Below are positions 8,043 to 15,647 of a stretch of 24,000 bases of DNA, piece after piece. The stretch is from Pseudonocardiaceae bacterium (lineage in GTDB: Bacteria; Actinomycetota; Actinomycetes; Mycobacteriales; Pseudonocardiaceae): positions 1 to 24,000 of the forward strand of contig JBOHFK010000068.1 in the NCBI GenBank assembly GCA_050699635.1, in the 5' to 3' direction. The position numbers and the translations under genes were made by a program. The first letter of the stretch is position 1; each line of letters opens with the position of its first letter. The notes under the pieces were generated by a model. It was not told the DNA's origin. It saw only the letters and a list, made by a program, of their open reading frames with translations, and did no database searches.

Positions 8043-9752
8043 ATGCAGATCATGGCAGCGTCGCGGAAGTACTCTGACGAGTTTCGGCAGCGTGCTGTGC
8101 GGATGGTCCTCGATGTTCGCGAGGAAGGCGCTGCTGAGCCCGAAGCGGTCAAGCGGGTCGCCGATGAGTTGAGCGTGCCCGCCAGGACGCTGCAGCAGTG
8201 GGTCGACCACGCACAGCAGGCCGAAGGTGCCGACGCCACCGCGATCACCGAGCCCGATCCGTATGAGGCGGGCGTGCAACTCGTGGAGTTCGGCGCACTC
8301 GATGAGGCGCAGAACGTGTGGGGCGCCGCGGCCGAGGCCGGCGACACCGAGGCCGCATTCAACCTCGGGGTCCTGCTGGTGCGCCGCGGTGAGCTCGAGG
8401 AGGCGGCCAACTGGTGGCGCAAGGCGGCGGACGCCGGCGACCCGGACGCCGCGGCCGGGCTGGGCATGCTGCTGGTGCAGCGCGGTGAGCTCGACGAGTC
8501 CGAGACGTTGTGGCGCACCGCCGCCGAGGCCGGCAATACTGACGCCGCCACCGGGCTGGGCCGGCTGTTGGTGCAGCGCGGCGATCTCGCCGAGGCGGAG
8601 ACCTGGTGGCGCACCGCCGCCCAGGCCGGCGACACCGAGGCCGCTACCGGGCTCGGCGTGCTGCTGGAAAAGCGCGGCGAGCATGATCAGGCGGAGACCT
8701 GGTGGCGGACCGCCGCCGAAGCCGGCGACACCGCCGCGGCCACCGGGCTGGGCGTGCTGCTGGTGCGGCGCGGTGACGTCACCGAGGCGGAGACCTGGTG
8801 GCGGACCGCCGCCGAAGCCGGCGACACCGCCGCGGCCACCGGATTGGGCATGCTGCTGGAAAAGCGCGGCGATCTCGCCGACGCCGAGACCTGGTACCGC
8901 AAGGCCGCCGAGGCCGGCAACACCGACGGCGCCAACTACCTCGGCCGGCTGCTGGAGCAGCGCCACGACCTCGCCGACGCCGAGACCTGGTACCGCAAGG
9001 CCGCCGAGGCCGGCAACACCGCCGCGGAGAACAACCTTGGCCAGCTGTTGGTGCAGCGCGGCGACCTCACCGAGGCAGCCAACTGGTGGCGCCGCGCCGC
9101 CGAGGCCGGCAACACCGCGACCGCCGCGGGCCTGGGTGTGCTGCTGGAGCAGCGCGGTGAGCTCGACGAGGCCACCCGCTGGTACCGCACCGCAGCCGAA
9201 GCCGGCAACCTCGCCGCCGCGGCGGGGCTTGCCGGCCTGCTCGAACAGCGCGGTGAGCTCGACGAGGCCACCCGCTGGTACCGCACCGCAGCCGAGGCCG
9301 GCAACTCCACCGCCGCGTTCAACCTCGGTCTGCTGTTGAAACGGCGCGGCGACCTCGACGGCGCCGCTCAGTGGTCCCGGACCGCCGCCGAAGCCGGCAA
9401 CAGTGATGCCGCCAACAACCTCGGCCTGCTACTGGAGGAGCGCGGCGACCTCGACGAGGCCGTGAGCTGGTATCGGACCGCGTCGGAGGCCGGTAACACC
9501 ACCGCCGCCTACAACCTGGGGCTATTGCTCAAGCAACGTGGCGACCTCGACGGCGCAGCGACCTGGTACCGCATCGCAGCCGAAGCCGGCAACACCAGCG
9601 CAGCGAACAACCTCGGTGTGCTGCTCGAGCAACGCGGCACCCTCGATGAGGCCGAACGCTGGTACCGCAGCGCCGCCGAAGCCGGCAACACCAGCGCCGC
9701 CTACAACCTCGGCGTCCTGCTGGGCCAGCAACGATCCCGGGCCGGTTCATGA
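8043..9752 (+). CDS. HTH (IS3 OrfA / Transposase_8-like) domain fused to 15 tandem 32-aa Sel1/TPR-like repeats
   Basis: The N-terminus SRKYSDEFRQRAVRMVLD...VADELSVPARTLQQWV resembles the IS3-family OrfA HTH. It is followed by 15 units of consensus W[WY]RtAAEAGNtxAAxNLGxLLeqRGdLdEAe. Confidence 0.85.
   Translation: MQIMAASRKYSDEFRQRAVRMVLDVREEGAAEPEAVKRVADELSVPARTLQQWVDHAQQAEGADATAITEPDPYEAGVQLVEFGALDEAQNVWGAAAEAGDTEAAFNLGVLLVRRGELEEAANWWRKAADAGDPDAAAGLGMLLVQRGELDESETLWRTAAEAGNTDAATGLGRLLVQRGDLAEAETWWRTAAQAGDTEAATGLGVLLEKRGEHDQAETWWRTAAEAGDTAAATGLGVLLVRRGDVTEAETWWRTAAEAGDTAAATGLGMLLEKRGDLADAETWYRKAAEAGNTDGANYLGRLLEQRHDLADAETWYRKAAEAGNTAAENNLGQLLVQRGDLTEAANWWRRAAEAGNTATAAGLGVLLEQRGELDEATRWYRTAAEAGNLAAAAGLAGLLEQRGELDEATRWYRTAAEAGNSTAAFNLGLLLKRRGDLDGAAQWSRTAAEAGNSDAANNLGLLLEERGDLDEAVSWYRTASEAGNTTAAYNLGLLLKQRGDLDGAATWYRIAAEAGNTSAANNLGVLLEQRGTLDEAERWYRSAAEAGNTSAAYNLGVLLGQQRSRAGS
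8262..9740 (+). repeat. in-frame 96-nt tandem repeat array (15 units, no indels)
   Basis: The conserved aromatic codon recurs at 8319 + 96k for k = 0 to 14. Several neighbouring units are nearly identical at DNA level, for example about 8695-8750 vs 8791-8846 and 9151-9210 vs 9247-9306. Confidence 0.9.
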
Positions 9753-9816
9753 CTGCTCCGGTGGGGATGATGAAGACCCCGGGGGGAGAAGAAGAATGAA
9801 GACGGTACAACGTGGA

Positions 9817-9990
9817 CTTAACGGTTCCCCACGGGCTAAAGCCGGGGGATTTCAACCTCGGACCGCACCACAACACCGACCCAGGGAGGAGGGCACAGGA
9901 TGTCTTACGTCGTCAGCAGTTGTGTGGCCCCGTTCTGCCACAGCCAGGATCACCCTGGCAGCGTTCCGATCCCGGGAGTCGGTATAACCG
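9817..9990 (-). ncRNA. putative TnpB omega-RNA (reRNA) scaffold region; extent inferred, not observed
   Basis: In characterised TnpB systems the guide RNA scaffold is transcribed from the 3' end of tnpB through the right end of the IS. Here that is the region from inside the tnpB 3' end to the hairpin-bearing end at about 9817. I cannot verify any covariance or fold. Confidence 0.3.
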
Positions 9991-11012
9991 CACTCCCGGC
10001 ACAGGAAGATCCGTTCGGCGAGCCCCAGCGGTTGCTTGATTCTCGCGAAACAGCGGGAACACGTCATTGTCGTGTAGGCGGGCTTGACCATCACCACCAT
10101 CCGGCCGGCCCGCACGCCGTACTCGATCAGGGTTCGTTTCGTCACACCGACGGCTGCGTCAGCGGCCTTGCGGGCCATCGTGGACCGGGCCAGGAACCGT
10201 GGCCGGAAGTCCTCGACAGCGATGGTCTGGTGGTCGGCGACCACACGCTGGGCCCACAACCGCGCGGTATGAACGTTCTGCCTGGCCGTTTTCTTGTGCA
10301 GCCGCGCGGTCTGCGCCCGGGCGCGCTGGTAGCCCTTCGACGGGGCCTGCCCGCGTGGACGGCGCCGCCGGGACATTCTCCGCTGGGATTTGGCCAGCTC
10401 GGCGGCGCACTGCTTCCGGTGCCCGGCGTAGGGCAGGTCATAGGCGCGGTCGGTTGTGGTGGCGGTGACCGTCACGCCCCAGTCGATGCCGATCGAACCG
10501 TCGGCATCCGGCATGGGCTCAACGTCGCGGGTGACGACGAAACTGGCGTACCAATGGCCCAGGCAGTCCCGGTACACTCGGACGCTGGACGGCGCGGACG
10601 GCAGCTCCCGGGACCACACAACCGGGACGGTGACCTCCTTGGGGAGGACCAGTCGGCCGTCCCGGATCGTAAATCCGCGGGTGGTGTACTCCAGCGAGGA
10701 CAGCGTGGTCCGGCGTTTCTTGATGGTGGGCTTGTGGCGCCCCTTCACCGTGCGGGAGTGGTTCAAGGCGGTGGCGTAGGTCCGCAACGTCTGCTGCTGC
10801 GCGACCTGCGAACCCTCCCGCAACCATCCGTGTTGGGCACGGGCCTTAGTGAGCAGCTTCGACAGCGTGCACAACGTGGGCTTACGGCCGGTGTTCTGCT
10901 GGTGCACTGCCTCATTCCACAGAAACCGACACCGATGCCACTCCGCTTCCAACGCGGCCACCGCTTGCGCACCGGGACGCAAGCGGTAGGTGAACCGCAC
11001 CGTCTCGGACAT
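9852..11012 (-). CDS. tnpB: IS200/IS605-family TnpB (RuvC-like RNA-guided endonuclease family)
   Basis: Starts MSETVRFTYRLRP... The RuvC triad candidates are IGIDWGV, IAVEDF and DSRDRNAARVI. The zinc finger is CSRC...CRECG. Start chosen at the ATG at 11012. Confidence 0.9.
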   Translation of the reverse strand: MSETVRFTYRLRPGAQAVAALEAEWHRCRFLWNEAVHQQNTGRKPTLCTLSKLLTKARAQHGWLREGSQVAQQQTLRTYATALNHSRTVKGRHKPTIKKRRTTLSSLEYTTRGFTIRDGRLVLPKEVTVPVVWSRELPSAPSSVRVYRDCLGHWYASFVVTRDVEPMPDADGSIGIDWGVTVTATTTDRAYDLPYAGHRKQCAAELAKSQRRMSRRRRPRGQAPSKGYQRARAQTARLHKKTARQNVHTARLWAQRVVADHQTIAVEDFRPRFLARSTMARKAADAAVGVTKRTLIEYGVRAGRMVVMVKPAYTTMTCSRCFARIKQPLGLAERIFLCRECGYTDSRDRNAARVILAVAERGHTTADDVRHPVPSSLGRCCGAVRG

Positions 11013-11050
11013 ACCAGACAGCATACAGGTACGCGCGGTATGGTGGTGGG

Positions 11051-11446
11051 GTGGAGGAGGTCCGGTCGAACAACAACGTCGTGTACCGGTGCACCTACCA
11101 CGTCGTATGGTGCCCCAAGTACCGGCGGCCGGTTCTCACTGGCCCCGTTGACGACCGACTCAAACAGATCATCCGCGAAGTGTGCGCAGAACGCGCCGCG
11201 CCGATCATCGAACTTGAAACGATGCCCGACCACGTCCACCTCCTCGTGTCCTGCGACCCGCAGTACGGCATCCACCGCCTCATCAAGGGCATCAAAGGCA
11301 GATCGTCCCGACTGCTCCGCTCCGAGTTCGGCTCGCTCCGGACCCGGATCCCAACCCTGTGGACGAACAGCTACCTCGTCGCTACGGTCGGTGGCGCGAC
11401 GCTGGAGATCGTCAAGGCGTACATCGAGAACCAGCGAAACGCTTAA
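11051..11446 (+). CDS. tnpA: IS200/IS605-family Y1 (HUH) transposase TnpA
   Basis: 131 aa with YHVVWCPKYRR, the HUH motif HVHLLV, and the catalytic Tyr context WTNSYLVATVGGATLEIVKAYIENQ. Confidence 0.9.
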   Translation: MEEVRSNNNVVYRCTYHVVWCPKYRRPVLTGPVDDRLKQIIREVCAERAAPIIELETMPDHVHLLVSCDPQYGIHRLIKGIKGRSSRLLRSEFGSLRTRIPTLWTNSYLVATVGGATLEIVKAYIENQRNA

Positions 11447-11500
11447 CGGCATCCCTTACCTCCCCATAGCTGAAGCCAGGGGTTTCACGGGACTTTACCA

Positions 11501-12070
11501 ATGAGCCCACTGTCCCGGCTGTCGGCCTTGATCGCCCGGCCGGCCAGCACCATCCTGGACGCCACTGTGGCACTCGTCGCGCTGCCGCGCCGGGTGGTCA
11601 CCATGGTGATCGAGGTCGAGGCGACCCTCGCTGCCGTCAACGCAGCCACCAACCGGACCGATGAGCTGATCGACCGCATCAACGGCATCACCACCAAGGC
11701 GGAGGGCGCCGTGCGCGCCGCCTCCGAGACGGTTGGCGCTGCCGCGGCGGCCATCGAGCAAGCCAGCACGATCACCGCGACCGCCGCCCCATTGCTGGCC
11801 AGCTACTCCGAGCCGTTGCGCCGCTTGGAACCGGCGGTTCGCCGGCTCGCCGAGACCACCGACACCCACGAGGTCGACGCGTTGGTCAAGCTCATCGACC
11901 GGCTACCGCGCCTGGTCAACGCGATGGATGACGACGTGATGCCGTTGCTGGATCGCCTGGATCAGAGCGGCCCCGACCTGAATCAACTGCTGGACAGCGT
12001 CTCCGACCTCAACCGCATGGCCGGGCGGATCCCCAAGGTATTCAGGCGCCGCGGAGCTCCGCCTTCGTGA
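11501..12070 (+). CDS. hypothetical alpha-helical protein
   Basis: 189 aa, Ala/Leu/Asp-rich, with helical repeat-like segments (…LIDRINGIT…, …LVKLIDRLPRLVNAMDDDVMPLLDRLDQSGPDLNQLLDSVSDLNRM…). I recognise no family. The ATG directly abuts the IS end. Confidence 0.55.
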   Translation: MSPLSRLSALIARPASTILDATVALVALPRRVVTMVIEVEATLAAVNAATNRTDELIDRINGITTKAEGAVRAASETVGAAAAAIEQASTITATAAPLLASYSEPLRRLEPAVRRLAETTDTHEVDALVKLIDRLPRLVNAMDDDVMPLLDRLDQSGPDLNQLLDSVSDLNRMAGRIPKVFRRRGAPPS

Positions 12071-12134
12071 GACAGAGCCTTCGTGAGACAGAGCGAGATA
12101 CACGTTTCTTGTGCGATCGGTGTATTGTACGTGT

Positions 12135-12341
12135 ATGGGTAGAACCCGGACCAATGTTGAGATCGACGATCAGGCCCTGGACGTCGTGATGCGCCGCTAC
12201 CGGCTGGCGACCAAGACAGAGGCGATCGATCTCGCACTGAGACGCCTGGCAGGCCAGCCGATGAGCCGCGAGGAGGCACTCGCGATGCGGGGCGCTGCCG
12301 CGTTGGACGAGGTTCCCGCCGAGGTGGCACTCGAGCCGTGA
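12135..12341 (+). CDS. vapB: VapB-type antitoxin
   Basis: MGRTRTNVEIDDQALDVVMRRYRLATKTEAIDLALRRL... is a typical short antitoxin N-terminus. Its stop overlaps the toxin start (GTGA at 12338-12341). Confidence 0.8.
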   Translation: MGRTRTNVEIDDQALDVVMRRYRLATKTEAIDLALRRLAGQPMSREEALAMRGAAALDEVPAEVALEP

Positions 12342-12748
12342 TTCTCATCGACACATCAGCTTGGGTGGAGTTCGACCGTGCGACCGGCGGCGCGGTCGAC
12401 ACCCGGCTGACTGAACTGATCGCGGACACTGACCAGGTCGCGGTCACCGAGCCCGTGATGATGGAGGTGCTGGCGGGAGCTCGGGACGATCGGCGTGAGC
12501 AGGACCTTCGGCGCCTGCTCGACCGCTTCCACCTCATCCGGTTCGACCCTGTCGTCCACTTCACCGGCGCGGTGCGCATTTACCGGAGCTGCCGGCGAGC
12601 CGGCGTGACCCCACGCGGCCTGGTCGACTGCATGATCGCGGCCGTCGCGTCCGGCACCGCGACTCCAGTGCTCGCTCACGATCGGGACTTCGCCCGAATC
12701 GCCGATGTCATCGACCTCACTCTCGACGAGCAGTCTCTGCGGGTGTAG
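12338..12748 (+). CDS. vapC: VapC-family PIN-domain toxin
   Basis: (GTG)ILIDTSAWVEF..., with MMEVLAG, LVDCMIAAVA and LAHDRDF providing the PIN acidic residues. There is a 4-nt overlap with the antitoxin. Confidence 0.85.
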   Translation: MILIDTSAWVEFDRATGGAVDTRLTELIADTDQVAVTEPVMMEVLAGARDDRREQDLRRLLDRFHLIRFDPVVHFTGAVRIYRSCRRAGVTPRGLVDCMIAAVASGTATPVLAHDRDFARIADVIDLTLDEQSLRV

Positions 12749-12834
12749 CGCGGGAGTCGACGACGATGGATCGCTACGACGCCTGAGACTAGCCCTGCCA
12801 TGGCCCCCACATCGTGGACAGCATGGGACCGCCG

Positions 12835-13416
12835 TCACGTCTGTGGAGTGGGTGCCTGCCAGGGTTGCACCCACGGGTTGGCGGGCCAGCTCTCCGCGGC
12901 GGCCATCAGCGGGAAGGCCGTGGCACCGTCGAGTGATTCGCGGATGATGTCCGCGTGGCCGGCATGTCGGGCGGTCTCCTCGATCAGGTGCAACAGCACC
13001 CACCGCACCGACCACGCGGCGACACCCGGTAAGAACGACGCCATCGGCGCCGGGACCGGCACCGGCTGCCCGAGGTCGGGAATACCCTCGATGATCGCAT
13101 CGGTCTCCTTGGCCGCCTGCTCGTACAGACTCAGCGTGCCGGATAGGGTCTCGTCAGGCCCGAGCCGGAAGCTCGCGTGGTGGTCGTCCACCGACCACTT
13201 CCGATCGCGCTGCTGGACAGTCATCATCCAGCCCCGCTCCACGGTCGCGGCGTGTTTGATCAGGCCCCCGACGCTCAGCGGGCTTGCGGTAGAGGTCATC
13301 CGGGACTGGTCATCTGTCAGACCGTAAGCGGTCACGCGCAGCACCAAGCGCTGCTGAGCGAGGTAGGCCAGCATCCCGTCGCGCTCATTGGCCACCGGGG
13401 CAACGGATCTGGGCAT
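12835..13416 (-). CDS. DinB-like / DUF664 family protein (mycothiol-transferase-like)
   Basis: From the ATG at 13416 the product reads MPRSVAPVANERDGMLAYLAQQRLVLRVTAYGLTDDQ...SVGGLIKHAATVERGW...LLHLIEETARHAGHADIIRE. This is the DUF664 pattern. Confidence 0.75.
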   Translation of the reverse strand: MPRSVAPVANERDGMLAYLAQQRLVLRVTAYGLTDDQSRMTSTASPLSVGGLIKHAATVERGWMMTVQQRDRKWSVDDHHASFRLGPDETLSGTLSLYEQAAKETDAIIEGIPDLGQPVPVPAPMASFLPGVAAWSVRWVLLHLIEETARHAGHADIIRESLDGATAFPLMAAAESWPANPWVQPWQAPTPQT

Positions 13417-13497
13417 GTCGTGCACCTCTCTGTTCGGGACCCGCTCAGCCTGGCATCCGACCCCGACAGTTTGCGCTGTCGCCAACCTTCCGGGCCG

Positions 13498-14030
13498 TCA
13501 CAGGCTTGCGGGCCGGTCCTCGAGATTGAGCAGAATCGCTGACCAGACGCCGGCAAGATGGTCGCGCACCGCCTGGTCGGCGATCGTGCCGTCGGCTCCG
13601 ATCATGTCGCCGTGCACCGGCAGCGCCACACAGGCAGGCTTGATGATCTCAGCACCCACGTAGCCGAGCACCAGCTCCAGCGTCGCCGTCGCGCCACCGC
13701 CCCGCCCGATCGCGGCCGCGTTGATCCAGTCGACCGGTTTGCGGTATATCTCACCGCCGCCAACGGTCCAGTCGAGCAGGTTCTTCAAGCTTTCCGGGCA
13801 GCGTCCCGGCATATTCCGGGGTGCAGAACAGCACGGCATCAGCCGCTGCGATCTGCCGGCGGAGCTCCGCCGCGGCCGCGGGTAGATCGCCCTGTTCATG
13901 GTCGGGATTGAACGCAGGTAGGTCACCCAGACCCGCATAGAGAACCGCCGTGACACCGTCGGGAGCGACGGCGCGAACCGTCCGTCGAGCCGCGACGAGT
14001 GCTGCCCGACACCAGCAATACAGACGTCAC
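13498..14030 (-). pseudogene. NAD(P)H-dependent FMN reductase, disrupted by two frame changes
   Basis: The coding signal is spread over three frames. Frame 1 starts at the GTG at 14030 with VTSVLLVSGSTRRGSTDG. Frame 2 reads TVRAVAPDGVTAVLYAGLGDLPAFNPDHEQGDLPAAAAELRRQIAAADAVLFCTPEYAGTLPG. The track ORF frame reads SLKNLLDWTVGGGEIYRKPVDWINAAA...LGYVGAEII. Confidence 0.7.
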
Positions 14031-14057
14031 CTTCTCTCGACGGTGGGCATCGCGCAA

Positions 14058-14123
14058 AGGTTCCACTTGGCGGCGAACCTGGGCCCGAAACAGCGAGTAG
14101 GTTCCACTTGGCAGCGAGCCTGG
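14058..14123. promoter_or_regulatory. two copies of a 25-nt dyad-containing element (candidate operator pair) upstream of the blaI-like gene
   Basis: AGGTTCCACTTGGCGGCGAACCTGG (14058-14082) and AGGTTCCACTTGGCAGCGAGCCTGG (14099-14123) have starts 41 nt apart. Copy 1 contains the dyad AGGTTC-N13-GAACCT. Confidence 0.35.
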
Positions 14124-14257
14124 CGCTGGCGGATTAGCATGTGGTGATCTGAGGCGAGCTGGATGAGCAAGTCGGAGGGCAGGTGGAGGATCGGGCTACC
14201 CGGGGCCACGCAGCCGCGGAGGAGCACACCCGGGATAGGCACAAACCGGCAGGCCGG

Positions 14258-14614
14258 ATGACGTCCCGGCGGGCTGCCGGCGAGCTCGAGGCCGAGGTGC
14301 TGGCCTCGTTGTGGGCTGCCGAGGAACCACTCACGACCGCAGACGTGCGGCAGGCGGTCGGCGGCGCGCTGGCCTATAACACCGTGCAGACCATCCTGGT
14401 CCGGTTGTATGACAAGGGGCTCATCGACCGGCTAGCCGACGGTCGTCGCCACGAATACTTCCCCGTCAAGGGTGCTGAAGAGCTCGCCGCCGAGCAGATG
14501 CAGGCATTGTTGAGCCGGGGCCGGGATCGGCAGGCAGTGCTACAGCGGTTCGCCACCTCGCTGTCGGTGGAGGATGCGCGGCTGCTGCGAGCGATGTTGC
14601 GGCGCCGCCGATGA
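14258..14614 (+). CDS. BlaI/MecI/CopY-family transcriptional repressor
   Basis: From the ATG at 14258 the product reads MTSRRAAGELEAEVLASLWAAEEPLTTADVRQAV...YNTVQTILVRLYDKGLIDR...H.Y. This is the penicillinase-repressor winged-helix pattern. It is translationally coupled (ATGA) to the M56 peptidase gene. Confidence 0.85.
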   Translation: MTSRRAAGELEAEVLASLWAAEEPLTTADVRQAVGGALAYNTVQTILVRLYDKGLIDRLADGRRHEYFPVKGAEELAAEQMQALLSRGRDRQAVLQRFATSLSVEDARLLRAMLRRRR

Positions 14615-15513
14615 CCGTCAGCGTGTACCTGCCGGCGGCGCTGTCGCTGTTGCTGGCGACGCTCAGCCGGATTGTCGTTGCACGGACAGCGCCGACCCGG
14701 GCCGCCGCGTTCGTGATTGCCGCCGTGCTGTGCGCCGCCGCGGCGACGTGGGGACTGGTGCTGCTGGCCGCGACGTTGCTGGGCAATACGTCGTTGGTCG
14801 CCGATGAGGCCCTTGAGCGGGGCGTCGAGCTCCAGGATCCGGTGCCCAAGCTGATCGGGGTCACCGCGGCCGCGTTGCTGATCTTGGGCGTGGTCCGGGT
14901 GGCGAGGGTACTGCGGGCCCGCCGGGCCACCAACCGGGAACTTCGGGCGGTCTGCCGCGCCTGCGGGTCCGGGGAGTTGGCCGTGGTGTCCATCGATGCT
15001 CCACACGCCTTCGCGGTGCCGGGCCGTCCGGGACGGATCCTGGTGACTCGCGGCCTGTTATCGGCGCTGGATGGGGACGAACGGCGGGTGGTGCTGGCGC
15101 ATGAGCGGGCGCACCTGCAAGGCAGGCATCACTGGCTTCGCGCCGCGACCGAGGTGTGCGCCGCCGTGAACCCGCTGTTGATTCCGGTGCGGGAAGCGGT
15201 GGCCTACCTGGTCGAGCGCGGCGCGGATGAGCACGCCGCGGTGGTGACCGGCAGCCGGGAGCTGGTCGCCCGGGCGTTGACGAAGGCTGCGCTGGCCAGT
15301 GGATCCAGCCCACAAGTGCCCGGCTGGGCGGCATCGCTGCGCTTTACTGGATGCGGGGTGTCGGCTCGCGTGGCGGCGTTGCACTCGGACCCGCCCCGCC
15401 CGGAGCCCCTGGTTCCCAGTAGCGTGCTGGCACTGGGTGTGGCCACCACAGTCGCTGCGGTGCAGGCCACTATCGCGTTCTATCAACTCATTTACTGGCT
15501 GTGGCCAACCTGA
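14611..15513 (+). CDS. M56-family (BlaR1-like) membrane metallopeptidase, no obvious sensor domain
   Basis: N-terminal TM helices and the zinc motif LAHERAHLQGRHHW (HExxH). Its position immediately after the BlaI-like repressor matches known BlaI/BlaR1-type pairs. Confidence 0.8.
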   Translation: MTVSVYLPAALSLLLATLSRIVVARTAPTRAAAFVIAAVLCAAAATWGLVLLAATLLGNTSLVADEALERGVELQDPVPKLIGVTAAALLILGVVRVARVLRARRATNRELRAVCRACGSGELAVVSIDAPHAFAVPGRPGRILVTRGLLSALDGDERRVVLAHERAHLQGRHHWLRAATEVCAAVNPLLIPVREAVAYLVERGADEHAAVVTGSRELVARALTKAALASGSSPQVPGWAASLRFTGCGVSARVAALHSDPPRPEPLVPSSVLALGVATTVAAVQATIAFYQLIYWLWPT

Positions 15514-15647
15514 CCGGTGCGACAACAATCACGCTCGGTGTGGCGTGTCCCGGGGATCGTCACATCCCGCAACGTCCGCTAGTCTCTTACACGCTGTAGG
15601 AGATCGTCCTGACACGGCCAGGCGGCGCCTGGGATAGGTAGGGACCA

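Larger units (their letters stand above)
9817..11501 (-). mobile_element. IS200/IS605-family insertion sequence (divergent tnpA and tnpB; IS605-like layout); ends approximate
   Basis: Y1 HUH tnpA plus tnpB. Similar subterminal imperfect hairpins lie in the same orientation at both ends: CCCCACGGGCTAAAGCCGGGGG (9827-9848) and CCCCATAGCTGAAGCCAGGGG (11462-11482). Each is preceded on the plus strand by CTTAACGG (9817-9824 and 11442-11449). There are no terminal inverted repeats, as expected for this family. Confidence 0.75.

Noticed and set aside
8031-9339. Long alternative-frame ORFs inside the repeat gene (8031..8966 minus, 7985..8635 minus, 8227..9339 plus)
   Set aside because: They are artefacts of the periodic GC-rich repeat. 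Only the 8043 frame yields an HTH plus a regular helical repeat consensus.
8262-9740. Regularly spaced 96-nt repeats that could superficially suggest a CRISPR array or satellite
   Set aside because: The repeats are contiguous with no unique spacers. They stay in one open reading frame, and their variation is concentrated at protein-level variable positions. They are coding repeats.
9900-11504. 534-aa plus-strand ORF
   Set aside because: It is antisense to tnpB and out of frame with tnpA. Its Arg/Gly/Pro-rich composition is typical of GC-driven shadow ORFs, whereas tnpB and tnpA have clear family motifs.
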